Shown: piece after piece, positions 26,284 to 35,139 of the stretch
Position numbering within the stretch: position 1 is the stretch's first letter
How the letters are laid out: the number at the start of each line of letters is the position of its first letter
Assembly: GCA_016432365.1 (NCBI GenBank)
Contig: CP066686.1
Coordinates: forward strand, 355 to 64,354
Source: Candidatus Woesebacteria bacterium
GTDB lineage: Bacteria > Patescibacteriota > Microgenomatia > UBA8517
DNA length: 64,000 nucleotides
Reading direction: 5' to 3'
Translations under genes and position numbers: made by a program
The notes under the pieces: model-generated
What the model saw: only the letters and a program-made list of their open reading frames with translations
Database searches by the model: none
Told to the model about the DNA's origin: nothing

Positions 26284-26619
26284 CCGGTCAATCTTGGGTG
26301 TCTAAAGATCTTCGTCCTCAAACTCACTACATCAAATCCCATTTTGATATTTCAGTTTAATCCCAATTGAATTTTGAGATTCATTTTTAGTCCTCAAAAC
26401 CCACATCAACTTTTTAGCCTGAAACGAAAGGAGAGAATTCAATTAAGAAGCAAAAGCAGCCCTCGCTTGACGAAGGAGCAATCTTTTGCATAACAATGAA
26501 CGACTGGGGTGACTGGCTAAAAATGTTGCGGTGGCGTCTTTCTTTCTCACATTTCTTGGACGAGTAAGAAATGGGAAAGAAATATGGCCATTTTTCGGCC
26601 AAAAATGTATAATACGACT

Positions 26620-27459
26620 ATGAGCGACAGAATAGTGACAGATTTGCAATCTAGGTTTATAGAAAAAATTGCCCGAGATGAACGTAGCTTAACTGAAACG
26701 CTATCGTTGATTTTAACCCCATCTGAGTTGGAAGAACGCAAAAAGTTTAGAAGACTAATGTCCGACAGTGTCTATAATTTTAGTCCATACCGTTTGTTAC
26801 CTGAGAAGGGTCATAAATTATCCAATTTTTTATTTGGCAAACCAGTATCTTCGTCAAACATGAACCAAGCGGAACTAAGAATCAATTTAGAACTTGCAAA
26901 ACAACAACCCTGGGACATTTTTTCGCGATATAAACAAATCAAAGGCTCTTCCGAATTCAGATCCGAGTCATATCAACTCGAGTCTATCCGATTTGGTTCT
27001 AATAGAGGAAATTATCTTCATTTTGAACCATATAATATAGATAACGACACAGATCCACTGGAATTCAGAAAGCATTTACTTGAAGTTCAGGCCCCCATCA
27101 CCCATCCCATGTATATATGGATGCTGGGCACCAAAAAATTAATTTACGCCGTCGAAAACAAATTATTAAAATTGACAGCTCCAGGCATTATCACCGCAAA
27201 AACTAATACGATTCATGCCACTTTTCTTAAAAATTTTGGTTTTGAAGATATGGGCGAAGGAGTTGCAATTGAATATCCAAAGCTCAGAGATAAATTTCAA
27301 GATGTGTTAGCTAACGACGAAAGAGTTAAACGCATTGTATCTTCAGGCGAATCTGTTTATCAAAGAGCGCACGCATTCGTACCAGAATATCTTGACCTCC
27401 CGCGAGAAGTTGCAGATTCAACTGATTTTTGGAAATGGTATTTCAAATACAAACAATGA
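26620..27459 (+). CDS. hypothetical protein
   Basis: TATAAT-6 nt-ATG (MSDRIV). Confidence 0.7.
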   Translation: MSDRIVTDLQSRFIEKIARDERSLTETLSLILTPSELEERKKFRRLMSDSVYNFSPYRLLPEKGHKLSNFLFGKPVSSSNMNQAELRINLELAKQQPWDIFSRYKQIKGSSEFRSESYQLESIRFGSNRGNYLHFEPYNIDNDTDPLEFRKHLLEVQAPITHPMYIWMLGTKKLIYAVENKLLKLTAPGIITAKTNTIHATFLKNFGFEDMGEGVAIEYPKLRDKFQDVLANDERVKRIVSSGESVYQRAHAFVPEYLDLPREVADSTDFWKWYFKYKQ

Positions 27460-28022
27460 TAAAAATGAATTCCAAACAGTTGCGTAAAATTAAGCCGATA
27501 AAAGGAGAGGATAAGTTGATTAAAAGAAATCCAATTTATTTGGTTTTGGATAATGTCATCGATACTTACAATATCGGCTCGATGTTTAGGCTGGCCGACG
27601 CCATTGCCGCCGAAAAACTATATATTTGCGGCGATACAGAGTACCCTCCGAATTCAAGGATTCACAAAGCCGCGGTCGGAACAGAAGAATGGATACCGTG
27701 GGTCAAGTACAATTCTGCACCTGATGCAATTAAGGAATTAAAATCCAAAAATGTCCAAATCATAGCCGTGGAACAATCCCCACTAAGTACTCCGTACTCT
27801 GCACTAGGTACTAAATTGCAGTTTCCAACTGCAATTATTGTTGGCAACGAAACCACTGGTATATCAAAAGAAGTTTTAGATCTTGCAGATATTATAGTGG
27901 AGCTTCCTATGTTTGGAGTAAATATTTCACTAAATGTTTGGGGCTCTGCCGCCATTGTCGCCTATAAAGCAATTGAAACCCTAATAAATAAACCGTATCG
28001 AAGAAAAAAGGAAACAACTTAA
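27456..28022 (+). CDS. SpoU/TrmH-family RNA 2'-O-methyltransferase
   Basis: LDNVIDTYNIGSMFR, VGNETTGIS, ELPMFG..SLNV. Confidence 0.93.
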   Translation: MIKMNSKQLRKIKPIKGEDKLIKRNPIYLVLDNVIDTYNIGSMFRLADAIAAEKLYICGDTEYPPNSRIHKAAVGTEEWIPWVKYNSAPDAIKELKSKNVQIIAVEQSPLSTPYSALGTKLQFPTAIIVGNETTGISKEVLDLADIIVELPMFGVNISLNVWGSAAIVAYKAIETLINKPYRRKKETT

Positions 28023-28034
28023 TTTTAGAAAAAA

Positions 28035-28454
28035 TTACTTATCCCCTGAAGAACACACACTACCAGACTTACATCGATATCTTTGTACATCATCAGGAAG
28101 TGTGTGTCCGCCGCAACAAACTCTATTTGGTACGTAACAAGCTCCGTCCCTAATACAAGGTAGACCACCCCCACCACCCGTTCCACCACCACCGGGAGGA
28201 GGTGTTGCAGTTCCACCACCACCAGTTTTGACACAAGTTCCACAAGTTGCGTTGCTACACTTATATCCGGTTTGGCAACCGTTGTATTGGTCACACTCAC
28301 ATTCCCTGGCCTTTTCGTTTATGTTAAAAGAATAATTACTAACCACAAACAGCGCTACGAAGATCAATGTGATTACCAAAAGTAATATTGTAGATAAACT
28401 AAGGAGATGTGTGAGACTTAATTTCTGAAAGCTTTTAGATTTCTTTGTGGCCAC
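28035..28454 (-). CDS. membrane-anchored Cys-rich protein (module A + Gly/Pro linker + cystine-knot-like module B)
   Basis: Basic N-terminus, TM helix, 12 Cys; own promoter with TTGACA. Confidence 0.85.
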   Translation of the reverse strand: MATKKSKSFQKLSLTHLLSLSTILLLVITLIFVALFVVSNYSFNINEKARECECDQYNGCQTGYKCSNATCGTCVKTGGGGTATPPPGGGGTGGGGGLPCIRDGACYVPNRVCCGGHTLPDDVQRYRCKSGSVCSSGDK

Positions 28455-28533
28455 AATTTAATTTAGTGTAGACAACGACTCGTGTCAATCCCTTTCAATG
28501 GTAGTTCGCGTTACTAAGTGAGGCCACTCAAAC

Positions 28534-29073
28534 TTATTTATTTCTTGAAGCACACACATTACCTGTACTACACACTTTTCCGGTTCCAAAGTCAGAAACA
28601 TAGTATCCGCTGCAACAAGGTTTGTTCAGCTGAGCGCAAGCACCATTCGCAATACATGTACTTCCACTGGGTTTGGCCGCACAAGAGTTGCCGGTACTAC
28701 ACACCTTACCCGTCACAGTATCAGAAAGATAATATCCGCTGCAGCAATTTCTACCCGGTTGGGTACAAGAGCCATTGCCAATACAGTTTGTTCCACCGCC
28801 TCCACCACCTGTTCCACCACCACCGGGGGGAGGAGTCGAAGTGCCACCGCCGGAAACTTTAACACAAGAACCGCAAGTGGCATTACTACACTTGTAGTTG
28901 GTTCCACAATTGGTATATTGATCGCATTCACAGTCTCTGGCTTGATTGTTTAACTTAGTAACTTCATTACGCGCCAAAAAGACCGCAGCTCCAAAAAGTG
29001 AAAGAAGTAAGAAAGCAACTACAACTAATGCAGAAATTAACTTTTTATTTGATTTTCCTTTTTTATATGCCAT
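28534..29073 (-). CDS. membrane-anchored Cys-rich protein (A + B + B)
   Basis: 18 Cys, internal duplication of module B. Confidence 0.85.
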   Translation of the reverse strand: MAYKKGKSNKKLISALVVVAFLLLSLFGAAVFLARNEVTKLNNQARDCECDQYTNCGTNYKCSNATCGSCVKVSGGGTSTPPPGGGGTGGGGGGTNCIGNGSCTQPGRNCCSGYYLSDTVTGKVCSTGNSCAAKPSGSTCIANGACAQLNKPCCSGYYVSDFGTGKVCSTGNVCASRNK

Positions 29074-29081
29074 TTATAAAT

Positions 29082-29420
29082 TTACTTACACCTCATTCCC
29101 GTAGCACAAAAACCATCTGAGAACGATTCACCGCAGCATGGAGTCCTTGGCTGCGAACATTTACCTCGAATGCACTGACCGGCAGTTCCAACGCAAGTCC
29201 CACAATATTGATCACTGCACTTCTGGTTCCTTTTACACTTTAAGTTCGTATTACTGCCGCATTCGCATCCTCTCGCTTGATTGTCAACATTCACAGTCTG
29301 GTTACGCGATAAAAACATTGAAGCACCGACAAGAGACAGTAATAAAACAATTACAACTACTAAAGCCCACATTAGACTTTTGTTAACTTTTTTTGTTTTA
29401 ATTTTACTCTTGGTCGCCAT
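29082..29420 (-). CDS. membrane-anchored Cys-rich protein (A + B, no Gly/Pro linker)
   Basis: 12 Cys; TTGACA promoter upstream. Confidence 0.85.
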   Translation of the reverse strand: MATKSKIKTKKVNKSLMWALVVVIVLLLSLVGASMFLSRNQTVNVDNQARGCECGSNTNLKCKRNQKCSDQYCGTCVGTAGQCIRGKCSQPRTPCCGESFSDGFCATGMRCK

Positions 29421-29534
29421 GTATATACAGTATTTAGAAAAAAATAAACTGTGTCAATAGTCAATTTTGCAAAGATACGAAGCACTAATAGTTTTGTAAA
29501 CAAATATCTCCCTTATTGATAAGGTTTGGGCGGC

Positions 29535-29557
29535 AAAAAAAACCGCCCTACGGGCGG
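29535..29557 (-). terminator. terminator after major pilin
   Basis: CCGCCC-GTA-GGGCGG-TTTTTTTT on minus. Confidence 0.8.
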
Positions 29558-29580
29558 CATCCTAAAAACCAATACTTAGA

Positions 29581-30039
29581 TTACCTTGTTACCGAAATCA
29601 CCACAGCCCCATCTACCGCTTCGGCACCTGGCGCAGCCACTGTCACTCTACCTGCCGTATTTACTACTGTATAACCCGTATCATAACTCGTACAGTCTAC
29701 GAAAGGAGAAGTACCGAGCGTTTCATCGGGATCAATCGGTAAGGCAGATATATATTTAGGTGAAATATCAGCACAAATGTCTGCCCCAGCACTACTAATC
29801 TCCTGAGCAACAGCAGTTATACCCGCCGGGAGCTTCCCTTTGTTGTCCGCCGAGTATTGATGAATCGCATTAAGGATAGCGACCACGTCACTTCTCCTGG
29901 CTGTATTATTCGCCTGTGCAAATTGACGTGCGGGGTTAATAGCGATCAAAACAATTGCGAGAAGAATCCCTAAAATACCAATAACAACCAAAAGTTCGAT
30001 GAGTGTGAATCCCTTTGAAGACTTCTTAATATTGAGCAT
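29581..30039 (-). CDS. major type IV pilin
   Basis: KGFTLIELLVVIGILGILLAI prepilin motif; own promoter and terminator. Confidence 0.92.
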   Translation of the reverse strand: MLNIKKSSKGFTLIELLVVIGILGILLAIVLIAINPARQFAQANNTARRSDVVAILNAIHQYSADNKGKLPAGITAVAQEISSAGADICADISPKYISALPIDPDETLGTSPFVDCTSYDTGYTVVNTAGRVTVAAPGAEAVDGAVVISVTR

Positions 30040-30194
30040 TAGTTAACACTAAAACAGTTGGATTGACGTGTCAAGTAGTATTTTCTATATCAGTTTCAGA
30101 AAGTCAGAAAACTCGGACAACCGGTAACTCAGAATATCTGAGATTCTGAATTTCTGACTATCTGAGTTTTCAGAGTATTCCGATTCTCTGGGAT

Positions 30195-30872
30195 CTACCT
30201 TCTCAACACCACTACAATAACTAGAATTACTAAAAGAATCACAAATCCTCCAATTAGGTAAGGCAAAAGTTTACTCTTTGGTTCTTTGGTAACGGAGGTC
30301 GCAAGTTCATGACTTTCAGGCGCAATCTTCTCCCCAACCATGCTAGACAATTTAGCCTTTTCCCGTGTATCGATAATGTGTTTGGCAAATTTGTCCGTTA
30401 ACTCTCGCAACGCCCCGAATTCCGGGTAAATATTAGCAGGAACTATTGCCGTCAGGCCAAATCCCCTATGGACAAAGGCGTCAACAACCACATCCACCAA
30501 CTCCTGATTGGTGGCCACAACTCTATATACCGTTTGGGTTTTGTAAATCTTTGATAAGACGGAGTTAAAAGGAACAGCATCAATAAACGCCTGTGAACTA
30601 GTCTGCACACCGGTAACATCAGTCGGGTCTTTGACCGGAAAATCCTTACTAAAACAAACCGCTTCGGAGATAACAAAAAAAAGTTGTGACGGCTCAATTT
30701 TATTATTCTGGATAAACGTCGTTATCAAATTAAAAAGAGCATCTTTATTTTTAACATCCAAATCCGGCAGAATCTGAGCAGGAAAATTCAAACTCAAAAC
30801 CGATCCACCATTATACAAATAGAATTTATCCCTCTCTAAAAATATTATTGTTTCTCCACTAGCGTCGGCCAT
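30195..30872 (-). CDS. C-terminally anchored membrane protein in pilus cluster (possibly PilM/GspL-like)
   Basis: 225 aa, C-terminal TM, gene context. Confidence 0.6.
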   Translation of the reverse strand: MADASGETIIFLERDKFYLYNGGSVLSLNFPAQILPDLDVKNKDALFNLITTFIQNNKIEPSQLFFVISEAVCFSKDFPVKDPTDVTGVQTSSQAFIDAVPFNSVLSKIYKTQTVYRVVATNQELVDVVVDAFVHRGFGLTAIVPANIYPEFGALRELTDKFAKHIIDTREKAKLSSMVGEKIAPESHELATSVTKEPKSKLLPYLIGGFVILLVILVIVVVLRR

Positions 30873-30945
30873 GGTTCTTAAATCATATCAAATTCATCCT
30901 TAGAGAGCGAATGCGCATCAAAACTTGCTGGTTGAATTTGCCATG

Positions 30946-31356
30946 TTAATTTACCTCTTTCCAGTAGGTCGGTACACCCAAGACATTGTTGTTGTAAGTC
31001 ACAATAACCTGGACCTCTTTGACAAAATTGCCGTTTGTTGCAACGGAATTGATTGTTTTTGTACTTCCTCCTATTACTGTCACGACAACAGTTCCCCCAT
31101 TAATATCTGTTATGGTTTCACCGGTATAGCTATCGTTATTTCTTAAAATTCCAACCATAGCGGCTTCAATTCCGCTATCCGCCATTTCCTTTGCAATAAT
31201 TCCCTCACTCTGAGTTGTTGCAGCCTCGGAATTGGCAGCAACTGAAAATGTCGCCGCGGTAGCAATAGTAATTCCCACAAGGACAAAAAATAGGAGCATT
31301 ATAAGCGCTTGCCCTGAACTGTTTGATTTTTGATTTTTGATTTTTGATTTTTTCAT
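30946..31356 (-). CDS. minor pilin (PilX-like)
   Basis: GQALIMLL N-terminus lacking Glu5, A...ADSGIE motif. Confidence 0.8.
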   Translation of the reverse strand: MKKSKIKNQKSNSSGQALIMLLFFVLVGITIATAATFSVAANSEAATTQSEGIIAKEMADSGIEAAMVGILRNNDSYTGETITDINGGTVVVTVIGGSTKTINSVATNGNFVKEVQVIVTYNNNVLGVPTYWKEVN

Positions 31357-31361
31357 TATTT

Positions 31362-31850
31362 TTAGTATCTTAGACCCAAAGTTGTATTCATTGTTTGAGT
31401 TCTTGGCCCGCCGCTTGTAGTTATTAATGATTCAAGAGTAAATGTTATCTGTATCGTCTGCCCTATCTTAGTAAAAGTTATACTATCAACTTTGGTGTCC
31501 AAACTATTTAATTTCACCGAATTCAATAATAGATTACCACCGGAAAGTTCATATACTTTTGTTCCTGAATCGAGGCTTAGTTTAGAACTAGACACTATGG
31601 TTGCCGTACCTGAATTGTAAATATTGTAATTAAGGTTTCCCAAAATCGATCTTGAATCTTGATTTAGCGCGCTTGTTGCTTCACTTTGAAGTTTAAAATT
31701 TAGTGTCGTAGTAAAAACGTCCAGAAGAACAAGAAGAAAAATGGTTAAAAGCGCCATATATATCAAAAGCTCCACAACAGTAAAACCGTTGTGAATTTTT
31801 ATCGCGAAGCGTGACGATTTATAATTTTTAATTTTTAATTTTAGTTTCAT
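31362..31850 (-). CDS. minor pilin (PilW-like)
   Basis: GFTVVELLIYMAL. Confidence 0.85.
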   Translation of the reverse strand: MKLKLKIKNYKSSRFAIKIHNGFTVVELLIYMALLTIFLLVLLDVFTTTLNFKLQSEATSALNQDSRSILGNLNYNIYNSGTATIVSSSKLSLDSGTKVYELSGGNLLLNSVKLNSLDTKVDSITFTKIGQTIQITFTLESLITTSGGPRTQTMNTTLGLRY

Positions 31851-33640
31851 GGGCTGTAATTTACCGAAACCGTAGTCGACGCCGAGGTTCCCACTCCGCT
31901 TCCCCCACTAAATGTTACTTTATATCTAAAACATTGACCCGGGTTTAGAGCCATCGGAATAGGGCCTCCCGCAGTCGTATAATTTCCTGAGTAGTTATAA
32001 GTTAAACAATCAGTTGAAACCGCAATCTGATAAGTTGCAGAAATCCCGGGTGGTGTAAGATCAACAATACTTATTCTATTAAAAATAACTGAATGACCGG
32101 CATCAAGAACCGGAGATTCTACCGTCAACCCACCCCCGCTGCCACCACCACCGGGTCCGCCCTCAATAATTTTAAGTTGGCTGCTATTAGTATTTGTAAT
32201 AATATACGAGTACGCACGTTGGGCTGTCGTAAAAACGGTTGCAATTCCATTAAGGTCACCCGCCGAAGTTAATCCTCCGCACCTTGTCGGGTTTGTCTCG
32301 TCGGTAACATCTATCACTTGATATTGTTCACCTCCGGATCCGACTACTATAACTTTGGGCAAATTAACCAGCACGATACCCGTCGGATTCATACCATTGG
32401 TATCATATGAACCCATTGTACTTCCGTAACTGGCTGAAGTTTCATCTGTGTTAACTACAAACATTTCCTTTAATGTTGAGGATGTGGTTGTTGCCACATA
32501 AACACGGGTTCCGGTTGAATTGACATAAAGAGATTTTCCGTCAAGACCATTCAGATGAATCTTTCCCGGAGTGGCGGTTGGTTTAGAAAAAAATAATAAA
32601 TTTGCCGGATCGGCGATGTCCACAACAACCAGTTGATAAGTAGTGGAGGTGGTAGAAATATACAATCTGGACCCAAAAGTAACCATTTTTGTAGCGGGCG
32701 CAGGTAGTTGTAAACTCCCCATTTGGGGTCTTGACCCGGACTTGGTCAAAAGATCAAAACTATAAAGCATATCGCCAATAGTCATGTATCCATAATTACC
32801 ACTGGTTACAACCGTTCCTGCGTTTGCGCTCCCATTGTTTGGGGAGTTGAAATAACCAGCCTCGCTATAGTTGGACAGATTGATTATATCTATATCTCTT
32901 GTGTGATCATCTGTAGCAATATACGCATAATCCTGCTCAGTAAAAACATCGTTCGTTTTGGTTGGCCCATTGAATACCGAAATCGTTGCGGAAGGAGTTG
33001 CAGGTGCGGGCGGATCCGTTAAAGAAGCATTTACAAATGTAAAGCCTGCGGCAGCTTGACCTGTACCGGTTGTAACCCTGCCCTGAACAGCACTTATCGA
33101 TTTGGCAGTAGCGTTTCCCAAGTCGACACTGCCCAAAGTAAGTGATGGTGTGCACCAATCTCCACCACCCTGATTAATAAGCGTCCCGGCAGAAATAAGC
33201 GAGGATGAAATATTTTTCCATCTTGCCAGTATAAAGGTCGATGTCATTGAACTTGGCAAAATATTATTCCAACTGACAGTGACCGTAATCTTTTTTTTGG
33301 ACAAATCTGCGGGAGTTAAATCCGAAATTTCAACTCTTCTTGTAAAATCACCAATTGTTCCATCGATAACAGTTCCCCAAGTCCACAAAGAACCGGCCAC
33401 TTTAGGATAATAAATACCATTAGTTGCAACATTAACCCAATCAGCATCTCTCAAACTTCGAGCGGCTTCTTCTGCCTCTTTCAAAAGACCTGTCGCTTTA
33501 AGTCTTTGTTCCTGCTGGACTCTGCCGCCGCTTGCCGATATAAATCCAAAAATAATTGCAGGAATTAATATTGAAGCAATTCCGAATGCCACAAGAAGTT
33601 CTACCAATAATTGCCCTTTTTGTCTTTTTAAATTCCTCAT
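31847..33640 (-). CDS. large minor pilin with LVIVD-like beta-propeller repeats (putative tip adhesin)
   Basis: GQLLVELLVA prepilin motif; YAYIA, LVVVDIADP, VIDVTDETNP repeats. Confidence 0.8.
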   Translation of the reverse strand: MRNLKRQKGQLLVELLVAFGIASILIPAIIFGFISASGGRVQQEQRLKATGLLKEAEEAARSLRDADWVNVATNGIYYPKVAGSLWTWGTVIDGTIGDFTRRVEISDLTPADLSKKKITVTVSWNNILPSSMTSTFILARWKNISSSLISAGTLINQGGGDWCTPSLTLGSVDLGNATAKSISAVQGRVTTGTGQAAAGFTFVNASLTDPPAPATPSATISVFNGPTKTNDVFTEQDYAYIATDDHTRDIDIINLSNYSEAGYFNSPNNGSANAGTVVTSGNYGYMTIGDMLYSFDLLTKSGSRPQMGSLQLPAPATKMVTFGSRLYISTTSTTYQLVVVDIADPANLLFFSKPTATPGKIHLNGLDGKSLYVNSTGTRVYVATTTSSTLKEMFVVNTDETSASYGSTMGSYDTNGMNPTGIVLVNLPKVIVVGSGGEQYQVIDVTDETNPTRCGGLTSAGDLNGIATVFTTAQRAYSYIITNTNSSQLKIIEGGPGGGGSGGGLTVESPVLDAGHSVIFNRISIVDLTPPGISATYQIAVSTDCLTYNYSGNYTTAGGPIPMALNPGQCFRYKVTFSGGSGVGTSASTTVSVNYSP

Positions 33641-33650
33641 TCTTAATTAC

Positions 33651-34079
33651 TTAGTAGGTTGCCCCATATTTATTGATATTGACTACCGTAGTCTGATTTA
33701 TCTGATCATTGACGATTGAAAAAGCCCCGGAGGTTGTCTCCCCACTCCCGGCCGAAAAATTCAAATCACCCCCGAGAAATGTGACATTGGAGAAACTTAT
33801 TCCCGGGTCTAAGTCTACGACAAAATTCGACGGAGTTAACGTATAGCTTGTTGAGTCAAAATGAATTCCAAAATCGATATTTCCCGCCATCGCCTGCGTT
33901 TGCTGCGCACGGATGTCGCTTATCAAAACGTCAATTGTTGCACTTTGGGCAGACGAAGAGGGTAAGCGTCCCAGATTGATCGTTGTAAGCGCAAAAAGAA
34001 TTGCCAAAATTCCTATCGAAAGCATAAGCTCAACTACCGTGAAGCCATTGTTCGTGTTTTGTAATTTGTCATTTGCCAT
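33651..34079 (-). CDS. minor pilin (FimT/FimU-like)
   Basis: GFTVVELMLSIGILAIL. Confidence 0.85.
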   Translation of the reverse strand: MANDKLQNTNNGFTVVELMLSIGILAILFALTTINLGRLPSSSAQSATIDVLISDIRAQQTQAMAGNIDFGIHFDSTSYTLTPSNFVVDLDPGISFSNVTFLGGDLNFSAGSGETTSGAFSIVNDQINQTTVVNINKYGATY

Positions 34080-34085
34080 TTATCT

Positions 34086-35138
34086 TTAGTGTGGGGATAC
34101 CTGGCTAATAAGGCCGTAGATTGGGGCAATAATGGATATCATCATTCCGCCCACCATTATACCTATTACTACTAGCATTATTGGCTCAAGGAGTGCCGTA
34201 AGAGTTTTAAGGGTGGTAGATACCTGATAATCAAAATATTCAGAAATGTCTTGCATTGATTTATCAAGGCTTCCTGTTTTCTCTCCGGTTTCGACCAGTT
34301 TTATCATAATCGTCGGAATATACCCTTTTGCTGTCCTAAGTCCCTCCGAAAAAGTTTTACCGCTCAAAATCATTTCCTTGGATTTGTTTATTATTTTTTG
34401 CGTTTGAGCCCTAACAACAACCTCGCTCGTAAGATCTAGAGCCGCAACAATCGGAAGGCCAGAATTTAAAAGTAGATATAAAGACCTGGAAAATCTGGTC
34501 AAGTCAATGAGTTTTACCAAGCCGCTTACCCCGGGCAGCGAATAAAAAAGATTTAATACAAAACTTTTCTTTTTGGTATATAGGAATATAAAAAATACAA
34601 CTATCGCAGCCACCAAAAACAAAAAGGTTATAGTATTTTTGAGCATAAAGTCCGACAAAGCAATTAATATTTTTGTGGGGAGAGGAAGGGGAACCCTTAA
34701 GTTTTTAAAAACCAACGCGATCTTTGGGATAACATAAACAAGTTGGACCAAAAGTACCAGTACGAAAACTCCTACAATAAAAATCGGATAAATCAACGCA
34801 GATCTAACCTTATCGTTAAATTCGTTTTGTTTCTGTAAACTTGCTTTTAAATCCTTAAGAGTAACGTCGAGGGTCCCCGCCTCCTCACTTGCCTTGACAA
34901 CATTAACCGTAACCTTATCAAAAGTATTTGTAAATTTTGCGAGAGTAAAGTTTATCTGGTGCCCCTGAGTTAGATCGTCTCTTAAAGTTTCTAAAATTTT
35001 TTTCACCCCACCCTTGCTATCCTCCAATAGATTATTCACTGCATCAAGAATCGGGATTCCGGCTGAAAGCATGGTGGACAAATTGCTGATTAAAGCAATT
35101 TTATCCCCCGATGATAATCTAACGTCTTTGTCTTTCAC
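34086..35138 (-). CDS. pilC: type IV pilus inner-membrane platform protein
   Basis: LSTMLSAGIPI, EEAGTLD, ALIYP, GEKTGSLD, LLEP. Confidence 0.92.
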   Translation of the reverse strand: MKDKDVRLSSGDKIALISNLSTMLSAGIPILDAVNNLLEDSKGGVKKILETLRDDLTQGHQINFTLAKFTNTFDKVTVNVVKASEEAGTLDVTLKDLKASLQKQNEFNDKVRSALIYPIFIVGVFVLVLLVQLVYVIPKIALVFKNLRVPLPLPTKILIALSDFMLKNTITFLFLVAAIVVFFIFLYTKKKSFVLNLFYSLPGVSGLVKLIDLTRFSRSLYLLLNSGLPIVAALDLTSEVVVRAQTQKIINKSKEMILSGKTFSEGLRTAKGYIPTIMIKLVETGEKTGSLDKSMQDISEYFDYQVSTTLKTLTALLEPIMLVVIGIMVGGMMISIIAPIYGLISQVSPH

Positions 35139-35139
35139 T

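Noticed and set aside
28534-28790. Internal nucleotide repeat as a DGR template/variable pair
   Set aside because: Differences are not adenine-specific and no reverse transcriptase is present; ordinary domain duplication
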